Notes under the pieces: generated by a model | The model's database searches: none | The model's input: only the letters and a program-made list of their open reading frames with translations | What the model was told of the DNA's origin: nothing | NCBI RefSeq assembly: GCF_006345805.1 | Contig: NC_042998.1 | Coordinates: 205,902,001-205,966,000, forward strand | DNA: 64,000 bases | Reading direction: 5' to 3' | From: Octopus sinensis | Taxonomy: Eukaryota | Shown here: positions 35,801-45,795 of the stretch, piece after piece | Layout of the letters: every line of letters starts with the position of its first letter | Position numbering within the stretch: position 1 is the stretch's first letter | Translations under genes and position numbers: made by a program

Positions 35801-36577
35801 AACACATACTTACATGCATACATACATGAATACATACAAACATACATACATGCATGCATCCATACATACGTACGTACGTACATACATGCATGCATACATA
35901 TATACATACATACGTACGTACGTTCGTACATACATACATACGTACGTTCGTACATACATACATACGTACGTTCGTACATACATACGTTCGTACATACATA
36001 CGTACGTACATACATACATGCATGAATGCATACATACATACGTACGTACGTACATACATACATGAATGCATACATACATGCATGCATACATGCGTACATA
36101 CATACATGCATACATACGTACGTACATACATACATTCATACATGCACACATACATGATTACGTACATACATACATACATTTATACATACATGAATACATA
36201 CATACATAAATACACACAGACATACATACATACATACACACACACATACATACACACATACATACATGCATTATACATGAATACATACATACATACACAC
36301 ATACATTCATACACACATACATACATGCATGCATGCATACATACATACGTACGTATACATACATGCATGCATACAGACATGCATACATAAATGCATGCAT
36401 TTATGCATACATACATACATGCATGCATGCATACATACGTACGTACATACATACAAACATGCATGCATACATGCATACATACTTGCATACATACATACAT
36501 ACGTACGTACATACATAGATTCATACATGCATACATACCTACCTGCATACATACCTGAATACATACATACATATACA
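29883..36577 (+). repeat. Degenerate (TACA)n satellite, block 4
   Basis: TACA polarity to the array end at ...catatacacag|tggttgtctcc. Confidence 0.97.
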
Positions 36578-36578
36578 C

Positions 36579-37758
36579 AGTGGTTGTCTCCTCCTTATAC
36601 AGAGTTTGACCGCCTTTTGTACTTACACCTAAGATCTATCATGATGTAGCCATTTAAACCAGACAATGTTTTGAAAAGGCCCAGACACAAATTGCACATC
36701 TGCTTTGGACCATCAAGTGTTGCAACTAAGTTCTGATCTTTGTGGATCTTAAAATGTCTCTTGAGTCCTCTGTTTGATTTGCAGACCTTATGGCATACAT
36801 GGCATTAACAGGTATGCACAGATAGGTAAACAGAATAGGTGGTGGAGATTAATTTTCCATGGGTCCACAAATGAGATTTGAACCCAGAAAAAGAAATGTG
36901 TGGTCTATCACAAATTGTGCATGCAAAAAGGTGGTTGGGATTCAGTTCCTCATTGATTGTACTATTTTTCTTTTGACTTTCACATGAGTCATCTTGGTTT
37001 CTTCAAGAGCTTTCACTCCTCTCTACACTTTTGTTCACCATTCAGCTGAATGCAAAGCAAGCGTTTCTACAGCCTTTAAATCCATTCCAAGTGACTTCAT
37101 GTTAGTCCTTATACAGTCCTTAAACTTCTTTTTAGATTTACACTGATTGAATTTCCCTTCTGCAAGTTTGCCACAAAACAACTTTTTAGGTGTGTATTCA
37201 TCTGCCACTCAAACAATATGGCCAGACCACCTCATTTGATTTTTCAAGATCATTGACTTAAGTGAACTGATGCCTGATGATGTAAGAACATCTGTGTCTG
37301 GAGTAAAAAGTCCCATTTAATGTTTAAAATGCGTCAAACGTATTTTTGGTGGAATCGTTCTCACAATTTGAAATGTCTTTCATAACACATCCATGTTTCA
37401 GAGGAATACAACAGGATCGTAAGACAAAATGATTTGTAAAGAGCCAGCTTTGTGTTGTTATTTATGCCATTGACATCAAACATGTTACTCCAAGCCACCA
37501 AATGCTTTTGCTGCCCTTTCAATTTGCACATGTATTTTTGTGTCCAGATTTCCAAGGTAGATGAAAGAGTCAAGAACGTCAAGTAACTTATCCTTAATGA
37601 AAATTTTAGTGGGGTTACATAAAGCACCACATACAAGTTGATACTTCACAACTGTTTTTTTTTTCCAAGTTGATGGTCAAGCTAAAATCATCACAAGCTA
37701 AGTCAAATGCAGATACAAGAGATTGCAGGCCCGTTTCAGGCTGCAGAAAGCAACTGAT
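36579..37758 (-). mobile_element. Decayed RTE-clade LINE 3' portion with C-terminal C2H2 zinc fingers
   Basis: Minus frames give LQSLVSAFDLACDDFSLTINLEKK, TKLALYKSFCLTILLYSSETWMCYERH, QMRWSGHIV, KKKFKDCIRTNMKSLG, then CHVCHKVCKSNRGLKRHFKIH (36804-36742); many stops and frameshifts. Confidence 0.88.
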
Positions 37759-38495
37759 TCCTTTTGGTCTCTTTAGTCTTGTCTCCGGTCCTAGCGTGGC
37801 ATCACAAGACAAACAAAAATTGCTGTGTACCGTGCACGTGTACTGACATCACTCCTTCACTCATGTGAGACATGGACCCTTTACAAACGTCAATAAAGGT
37901 ACTTGAACGCTTTCATGAGATGTCTGTGACACATTTTGCCTGTTGGCTGGAACTTCAAAACTCCAGACACACAGGTCCTGAGGAAAACTGATATCTTGAG
38001 CATTGAGGCAATGGTGAACAAGCACTGGTTATGTTGGACTGGACACCTTATTAGAATTGAGGATAGCAGGATCCCTAAATAGATGCTCTGTGGGGAACTT
38101 GTTAGTGGGAAGAGACCCCGGCAGAAACCAAGGCTGCAATTTGAGGACTGTGTCAAGTATTCATTAAAAGCCTGTGATATGCAGGAGACCAGCTGGGAGA
38201 GCAGTGCCTGTCATCGCCACAGATGGAAAAAGCAGGTTAAGGAGAAGGTCGACACCTTTGAGAGAGTACGTATTCTGCATGAAGAATTTAAGCATGCTGC
38301 TCAAAAGCGCACTGCTAGGGTAGTGAATGGGGAAAGCTTGGTCTGCGATGGTTGTAGTCATGTAAGCTTGTCAAGAGCAGGCCCCATCAGCCACCAAAGG
38401 AGTCATAAATGCAAAAGATAAGTTGGACCTAGAGCACATAATGTTCCTAAAGGTCAGCAATGGTCTTCCTCGGTCACAAGTGGATGGCCATCATA
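37759..38495 (+). mobile_element. Decayed RTE-clade LINE 3' portion (second, distinct copy)
   Basis: GITRQTKIAVYRARVLTSLLHSCETWTLY, WTGHLIRIEDSRIPK, GELVSGKRPRQKPRLQFEDCVK, terminal CDGCSHVSLSRAGPISHQRSH; ends in ggatggccatcatatcatc. Confidence 0.88.
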
Positions 38496-38496
38496 T

Positions 38497-39166
38497 CATC
38501 GTCGTTTAACGTCCGTTCTCCATGCTAGCAAGGGTTGGACGGTTTCGACCGGGGTTCTGGGAAGCCAGAAGGCTGCACCAGGCTCCAGTCTAATCTGGCA
38601 ATGTTTCTACAGCTGGATTCCCTTCCTAACGCCAACCACTCCGTGAGTGTAGTGGGTGCTTTTTACGTGCCACCTGCACAGGTGCCAGGCGGGGCTGGCA
38701 ACGGCCACGGTCAGATTGGTGTATTTTATGTGCCACCGGCACGGAAGCCAGTCGAGCGGTGCTGCATCGGCCACGGAGTCGGATAGTGCTTTTTACGTAC
38801 CACCAGACCAGGGATCCTGGCTGGTTCAATTCGATTCGATTTCGCTTTGCCCAACATGTCTTCACAAGCAAAGGGAGTGGCATGGGTGCCTGTCGTACGG
38901 TCGCATTGGAGTATTTTAGTGTCACGGCCACGAGTCGGATAGTGCTTTTTACGTACCACCAGAAAGGGATCCTGGCTGGTTCAATTCGATTTCAATTTCG
39001 CTTGCCCCAACATGTCTTCACAAGCAAAGGGAGTTGGCATGGGTGCCTGTCGTACGGTCGCATTGGAGTATTTTACGTGCCCCGGCCACGAGTCGGATAG
39101 TGCTTTTTACGTACCACCAGGCCAGGGATCCTGGCTGGTTCAATTCGGTTTCGATTTCGATTTCGA
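38497..39166 (-). mobile_element. RTE-family 3' UTR/SINE-like element with internal ~158-bp tandem repeats
   Basis: Reverse complement contains ggtggcacgtaaaagcacccactacactc...gttggcgttaggaagggaatccagctgtagaaac, also seen at 39350, 50470 and 54110; repeat units start at 38771, 38928 and 39086. Confidence 0.8.
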
Positions 39167-39199
39167 TTTATATATATATATACCACAAGCACTGGAACC

Positions 39200-39447
39200 T
39201 GGGCAATATGCTGTGATTGAGAAAGTACAGCCTGACTGGCACCCATGCCGGTGACGTGTAAAAAGTATCATTCAAGCATGGTTGATGCTAGTGCTGCCTG
39301 ACTGGCCCTCATACCGATGCCACATAAAAAGCACTCACTAGACTCTCGCAGTGGTTGGCATTAGGAAAGGCATCCAGCTGTAGAAACCTTGCCAGATCAG
39401 ACTGGGCCGTCCAACCCATGCCAACATGGAAAGTAAACATTAAACAA
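39200..39447 (+). mobile_element. 3' end of the same RTE 3' UTR/SINE-like family
   Basis: gtggttggcattaggaaaggcatccagctgtagaaac...gtccaacccatgccaacatggaaag matches the in-window copy at 54110-54280. Confidence 0.75.
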
Positions 39448-39524
39448 TATATATACATATATTTATATACACACATACCTATATATATATGTACACATAC
39501 ATATATATATGTACATATAAAACA

Positions 39525-40618
39525 CTGAAAATGTACAGAAAGTAGACTCCATCAACTGCCATGGGGGAAAGTTAGAGGTAGTAGATAGCTTCTGTTACCA
39601 AGGTGATAAAGTTAGTAGTGGAGGTAGATACTCCAAGAGCATAGCTGTCAGAATAAGGTTAGGCTGGGCAAAGTTTAGAGAGCTCCTGCCTCTGCTTGCA
39701 ACAAAGGGCTTCTCTCTCAGAGTGAAAGACAGATTGTATGATGCCTGGGTGCAAACAACTATGTTACAAGGACATGTGTAGGCTTGAAAGAAATGAAGTC
39801 AGTATGCTTCACTGGATGTGCAATGTCAGTGTGCATGTTCGACAGAGTGTAAGCATCTTGAGAGAAAAGTTAGGCATAAGAGGCATCAGATGTGTGCAAG
39901 AGAGAGGAATGCACTGGTATGGTCATGTGACACATATGGATGAGGACAACTGTGTAAAGAAGTGCTGATCCTTAACTGTGGAGGGAACCTATGGTAGAGA
40001 TAGACCCAAGAAGGCTTGGGATGAGGTGGTGGTAAAACATGATCTCCAGACTTTGGGCCTCACAGAGGCAATGACTAGTGAGCAAGACCTTTGGTGATAT
40101 GCTGTGCTTGAGAAGACCTGTCAAGCCAAGTAAAATCGTAGTTGTGGCTGATGCTGGTGTTACATAATTGACCAAGACCTTTGGCATTATACTGTGCTTG
40201 AAAGGAAGACCTATCAAGCCAAGTAAAACCACAGTTATGGCAGATATTGGTGTTATGCAAATGGCACCTGTGCCTGTTGCACATAAAAACACCTTTCAAG
40301 TGTTGGACCTCACAGAAGCAAGGACTGAGACCATTTGGATCATGTCATGCTTCAAGCATTGGGCCTCACAGAGACAATGACCATATGACATTATGTTGTA
40401 CTGGACAAAACCCTACAAACCAAGTAAAGCTGCAATCATGACAGATACTGGTGTCACACAAATGGTACCCATGCCAGTAGCATGTAAAAGTACCCATTAC
40501 ACACTCAGAGTGTATCCAGCTGTAGAAACCAAGCCAAAACAGACTGGAGTCTGGTGCAGCCTTCCAGAGTGCCAGCCCTGGTCAAACCCATGATGTTAAA
40601 TGATGATGATGATGATGA
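39525..40618 (+). mobile_element. Decayed RTE LINE 3' end with repeated 3' UTR segments and (GAT)n tail
   Basis: Translates as LEVVDSFCYQGDKVSSGG...RIRLGWAKFRELLPLLATKGFSLRVK...WYGHVTHMDEDNCVKKC; homologous to 53416-54285; ends atgatgatgatgatgat. Confidence 0.85.
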
Positions 40619-40644
40619 TATATATATATAGATATATATATATA

Positions 40645-40929
40645 CCGGAGTAAACACATAAATGTGAAACAAGGTGGAAAAAAGAGTACTCAAATACCAG
40701 TGGTAGAGTAATATGCTTCATTTAAAGCAGCAGAAAATTCAACAAAACCTGTTACTCTGAGTTTCCCGTTCCCGTTCATCATAAAGTTTTTTCCCGTTGC
40801 CGTTCATTGGAAAGTTTTTTCCCATTGCCGTTCATCGGACAGTTTTTTCTAGCAAAAACTGTCCGATGAACAGCAACGGGAAACTCAGAGTAACAGGTTT
40901 TGTTGAATTTTCTGCTGCTTTAAATAAAG
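40645..40929. mobile_element. Short palindromic non-autonomous element (probably Penelope-LTR-derived or MITE-like)
   Basis: Perfect 50-bp inverted repeat 40721-40770 / 40875-40924; inner 18-bp inverted repeat 40830-40847 / 40854-40871; three ~29-bp direct repeats; flanked by (TA)n. Confidence 0.7.
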
Positions 40930-41399
40930 TATATATATATGAAACAAATGAATAATTTATATCCTAATGTGAACAACATTACACATCGTCAACTTTCTGT
41001 CTTTACAGCCAAGACAGGGGAATGGTGTGTCAGTGTGTGTGTTGACTGACATAACGAACAGCTAGAGTTGAAGTTCTTGATATAAAACAATGAGGTGGGT
41101 GGTCCAAGCTATATATAAAAATACACATTTACCATTCAATTACCAGTTAATAATTATCACAGCAGTGGCAAGGTTGCAAGGTATTTACCGTTACAAATTA
41201 GCAGTTCATACAGGTGCTTCTATTTGGTTAATTTGCTTCTATTTGGTTAATTTATACTGCATGCAAAAATAAAGACATACTGCTCACAAAAATAGAGGTT
41301 AATGTATAATTTTTCTCTGGTCATAACTTTTTGTTTACCAAAGAAAAGATGAAATCTCTCCAGAAACAACTATAAAACAAGGAAGATTGTAGAAAAGTG

Positions 41400-41545
41400 A
41401 AGGCAAGAGTCTCAAGAGTTTCAGAAACATTTTTTCACTCTAAGAGTTGCTGAAGCATGGAACAAACTGCTAGCATCAGATGTTGGTTGTCGGAGCACTG
41501 CATCCTTCAAAACTTCCATACTTCCTGAGATTCGCCAACACTACA
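41400..41545 (+). mobile_element. CR1-group LINE 3' fragment
   Basis: Reads FFTLRVAEAWNKLLASDVGCRSTASFK, the same RVxxxWNKLP...FK motif as the C-terminus of the 7431-9700 element. Confidence 0.6.
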
Positions 41546-41599
41546 CCTGATTTTCTCCCCTCCATATACACACAAGCATGTATCTGACATTTATTTTCC

Positions 41600-41835
41600 A
41601 TCAAAAGCATGAGGTCAGAAGACTGATGACTAGTGAAGACATGTGATCGTATAATGGGGACAGAGTATGTCAGAGTAGAAGTGTGAAAGGACTGAGAGAA
41701 TGGCAGAAAGAGATGTGCCATGTGGCAGATCTGGGTGGCTCATAACAGCATGGGAAAACACTGGTATTGAAACGATGATGAGGATGATGATAATGATGAT
41801 GTAGTCCTGATGATAATGTCATGATGATGATGTGG
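41600..41835 (+). mobile_element. Highly decayed RTE-like 3' end with (GAT)n tail
   Basis: acagcatgggaaaacactggtattgaaacgatgatgaggatgatgataatgatgatg resembles the 3' termini of the other in-window RTE copies. Confidence 0.45.
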
Positions 41836-41952
41836 TGAGATGCGTAGAGGATCTTGATACTGGAGATGTGGAGTGAATCACCAGACCAGTCCCAAGGGTC
41901 AAAGGACAGCAAAAGACTGCAGTGGCAGACATAAGAGGAGAGAGAAAGAGAG

Positions 41953-41972
41953 AGATAAGATAGATAGATAGG

Positions 41973-42036
<64 letters not shown>

Positions 42037-42313
42037 AAGAGATAGATAGAGATAGATAGATAAATAGATAGACAGACAGATAGAAAGAGATAGATAGAAA
42101 GAGATAGATAGAAAGAGATAGATAGAAAGAGATAGATAGATAGATAGATAGAAAGAGATAGATAGATAGATAGATAGATAGATACATAGATAGATAGATA
42201 GATAGATAGACAGATAGATAGATAGATAGATAGATAGACAGACAGATAGAGATATAGAAAGAGATAGATAGATAGATAGACAGACAGACAGGTAGAAAGA
42301 GATAGATAGAAAG

Positions 42314-42344
<31 letters not shown>

Positions 42345-42460
42345 CAGATAGATAAACAGACAGATATATAGACAGACAGACAGATAGAAAGAGATAGATA
42401 GATAGATAGAAATAGATAGATAGGTAGATAGACGGACAAACAGATGGATGGATAGAGAGG
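41953..42460. repeat. (AGAT)n / GATA-type microsatellite, ~500 bp
   Basis: Direct reading; variants AGAC and AGAAAG. Confidence 0.97.
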
Positions 42461-42547
42461 GAGGGAGAGGGGGGGATTAGTGAAAAAGAAAGAGATATAT
42501 ATGTAGAGATAGAAAGAGAAATACAGAAATAGATAAAAGGATATGTG

Positions 42548-42583
<36 letters not shown>

Positions 42584-42688
42584 ATGGGAGAGAGAGAAAA
42601 TAGTTGCAATTGCTCAGAATAGAATCTGTCTGTGTGTTGGGAGGTAAAATAAAAAGGAAAATCAGAGGAACATAATCGGCAGATTGGA

Positions 42689-42718
42689 GGGGTAGGGTGG
42701 GGGTGAGCGGGGTGGGGG
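42689..42718 (+). other. G-quadruplex-forming motif
   Basis: GGGGG-ta-GGG-t-GGGG-tgagc-GGGG-t-GGGGG: five G-tracts with loops of 1-5 nt. Confidence 0.7.
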
Positions 42719-43203
42719 AATAAACAACGACAACAACAACAAAATCAAAAGTTTTTGAAATCCCAAAAAGAGATTAAGAAATAGGTTTTGATGACAATGT
42801 TTGGAAACTGTAATTGTTGGTTGTCATAGTAACTCCAATAACAACAGCAACAACAACAACAATGTATTTTTCTGGGTTTTTTTTTGGTTTATTTTACTTT
42901 ATTTTTTTTTGTCTGATAGCAATCACTGCATGACACCAGAGAAAATAGTAAATTGGAAGAGCAGAATATGCCAATGGACGAATGTCTACTACACACAGTA
43001 ACGTTAATACTGACTGATAGTGTTGTTGTCTCTCATAGAAGCATAGTGGTGGAGGGGGGGTGGGGGTGTTTGGTACGTCATCCATTCCTCTTCTTTGCTG
43101 GCAACTCGACTTGAATGAAAATTTCAGCAGACAATGATTGGCAACAAATTCCTCTAAGCAACAACAGCAGAACTCTTCCAGAATCAAATAACACGGCAAC
43201 GGC

Positions 43204-43310
43204 ATAATAATAATAATAATAACGATAATAATAATAATAATAATGATAATAACAATAATAACGATAATAATAATAATAACGATAATAATAATAATAATAA
43301 TAATAATAAA
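43204..43310. repeat. (AAT)n microsatellite
   Basis: Direct reading, with aacgat interruptions. Confidence 0.95.
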
Positions 43311-43454
43311 CAAGTAACAATAGCAGCAGCAGCAGTTGTAGCAGGGGGAGGGGGGAGAATGGCTAAAAATACTCTCAAGACAATATTGATTTTTACTATC
43401 ATCCCCACCTGCACCCCCTATTCTCTACCCCCTCCCCCAGTATTATAATCTGCA

Positions 43455-43543
43455 GTCATTATGCTAATGAAGGAGGTCATTCAAGGTCAGAACTACTTGT
43501 GGTGTTCAGCTTTAACGATGATGTTATTTGTTTCCATGGCAAC
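43455..43543. promoter_or_regulatory. Candidate enhancer: POU/homeodomain site, nuclear-receptor DR4 and RFX X-box
   Basis: ATGCTAAT at 43461-43468 within tcatta-tgc-taatga; AGGTCA-ttca-AGGTCA at 43474-43489 (contains TCAAGGTCA); GTTTCCATGGCAAC at 43530-43543. Motif matches only; no functional data. Confidence 0.45.
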
Positions 43544-44510
43544 TAAATGGTCACAGAATTTGCATACAATAATCATGTGAGATATTATTAGAGATGGGGA
43601 ACCAGTGAAAGGAGGCTGGCACCAGTGAAAGGGGGCTGGCACCAGCTGGAGTCGTTTTATAGGAAATAAATAGAAATTGTTGCCGATTCCTTGAAGCAAG
43701 GACCAGTTCAGTGGAAATGGAAAAGGTTCAGTGTCAAACAACTCTAACCCCTTGTCCACCCCCATGTTAGAGAAAATATCCCGAACCTACCCCATCCCTC
43801 CAAAAAAAGAACACTGAAATGAATGGAAGATCACTGAACCTGCTAGAAATAGCAGCAGCCAAAAAAGCAGCTTTAAAATCACATTTTGCACACTAAAAAA
43901 AAAAGGAAGGACACATTGAATGACAATGTAAAAGAACAGACCAAATAGTCATGGTTGGAATGTCTTTATTTGTAAATCTGCCAGATTAGAGCTGAGCTGG
44001 AAGTAACTAAACAACAACATTTCTGATTTTAGAGAACAAAACCAATGATTTTGTGGTTGGTGGGGGAGAGGTAGGAACAGAGGTGAGGATGAAGAAATGG
44101 AAGAGAGCGAGGAGTGGAAGTGAATAGCAAGTGGGTTTAGGGGAGAGCAAGTGATGACTGGCAGCACAGAAAGACTGGTGGTAGGGTGGATAGGGTAGTG
44201 CCTTCCTTAGTTACACAGATAGTATTACAAAGCAAATAAGAGATGGTGAGTAGAGAGACAGGGTGAATGATAACAGGATGAGTGACACACAGAGATGACT
44301 CATGGCGGGAAGAGTGATAGAGAGATGAATGACATGAAAATGAGTGATGTCGTTTTGAATTTGTGTGAATTTGTATAGAATAATATATCAGTTGAATAAA
44401 GCTAAAACATGGTCTGGTTTTCACGTTTTTTATCATGGTATTTTAACATTAAAAAAAGATATTTTGTAATGTTCATAAAGTTAAATTACTGCTTTCATAC
44501 ACAGAGTAAT

Positions 44511-45241
44511 CATCAGATTTCAAAATGTGTTTAACTGACAACTTTCATACCTCTTAGAATGCTCCAACAAGCTGAATTTTTAGAATACCTTTTTGGCCAG
44601 TCTGCAGGTATCTTAAACTTCATGGTTTGCCATGTGTACTGATATTCTGTAACTTGTTTATATTTATTTGCTAGAGGTATTTTTTAATCCACTAATCCTT
44701 AACTGGTTGTTATATTATTGATGTTATTTCCATTCAGAACAAGTTTGAGCATTTTAATAAACCGTTTTTCTTTTATCTTTCTTCCACCTCATTTGTGTCA
44801 CGTGGTTTGTGGAAAAGAAAAATTAGAAACATTTTCTGACCACATGTCTCTATATGTTCGCTCAATGGAATTTGGCAAAAACAGGTGTCCTGGATTTGCT
44901 GTCTGTAGACACATGAGCATTCTGATAATGCATGCCTTGTCTTGCCTAAATATAATTCCTCACAATTCAGGCATTTAATGCAGTAGATCAAATTTTTACT
45001 TTTGCAGTTCATATCTGTCCATTTTTTGTTCTAATGAATCTACCTGTATGCATGTATTGACATTTTCCACATCTGTTATCATTACACTTGGATATTGCGA
45101 ATGTTTTATCCTGTGATGTTTAAAGATACCTGCAGACTGGCCAAAAAAGGTATTCTAAAAATTCAGCTTGTTGGAGCGTTCTAAGAGGTACTAAAGTTGT
45201 CAAGAACTCAACTGTCAGTTAAACACATTTGAAATTTGATG
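44511..45241 (-). mobile_element. Penelope-like element relic: GIY-YIG endonuclease fragment between inverted repeats
   Basis: ORF 44773..45012 NCKSKNLIYCIKCLNCEELYLGKT...RQQI...SEHIETC followed by KEKRFIK..LN, a PLE-type GIY-YIG pattern; ~110-bp inverted repeats at 44511-44622 and 45113-45241. Confidence 0.8.
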
Positions 45242-45629
45242 TTCACTATTCACAATGTCTACTTCTCAACCCTATCCAGTCCCTGCAGTCATCACTTACT
45301 TTCCCCTGCCTCCCCTTCAACTCATATTCATCGTCAACCATCCCTCAAGCCTTCTTCATCAGTCATTACACTCACCCACCCCACCCTTGTCCTATCACTA
45401 GTCATCCCTCATTTGACTCATCCGTTCTGACAATCTCTGCCCTTCTTGTTCTGTGCCCAATCCCATTCATCCTGGTTGCCCCACTACCCCCACTGCCTCT
45501 TGTGAGCAAGAAACCTGTTCTGGGCCTTTTCTTCATACATTAACCCCTCGTTTCCTGGCCTAAACTTGCCCCTTCCTCCACCACCACCACCACTCATCTG
45601 ATGAAGACCTTAGTCTTGCAAGCAACATG

Positions 45630-45795
45630 GCAATCTCACTAATGCTGGTGCAATAAAAAGAGCACCCAGTCCACTCTGCAAAGAGTTTGGCATGAAGAAA
45701 GACATTGAGCTGCAGAAAGTGTGTCAAAGTAGACAGTGGAGCATGATTCAGTCCTCCAGTCTCTCAGATCTTGTTCACCCTACCAACTCATGCTT
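45630..45795 (+). mobile_element. Degenerate RTE 3' UTR/SINE-like fragment
   Basis: aaaaagagcacccagtccactctgcaaagagtttggcatgaagaaagacattgagctgcagaaag is a diverged form of the motif at 54115-54175. Confidence 0.5.

Noticed and set aside
415-36577. CRISPR-like array or encoded message in the recurring landmarks
   Set aside because: No constant repeat with unique spacers and no cas genes; eukaryotic context; recurrence is explained by segmental duplication.
299-36649. Hundreds of ORFs up to 706 aa (MYVC.../HTYI...)
   Set aside because: (TACA)n has no stop codons in any frame and its reverse strand is ATG-rich; these are translation artefacts of the satellite.
40990-41030. Plus-strand acceptor-like ttctgtctttacag as an exon start
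   Set aside because: No convincing reading frame or partner exons.
41819-43414. ORFs rich in LSIY, poly-I, poly-Y and poly-L
   Set aside because: Translations of AGAT and AAT microsatellites.
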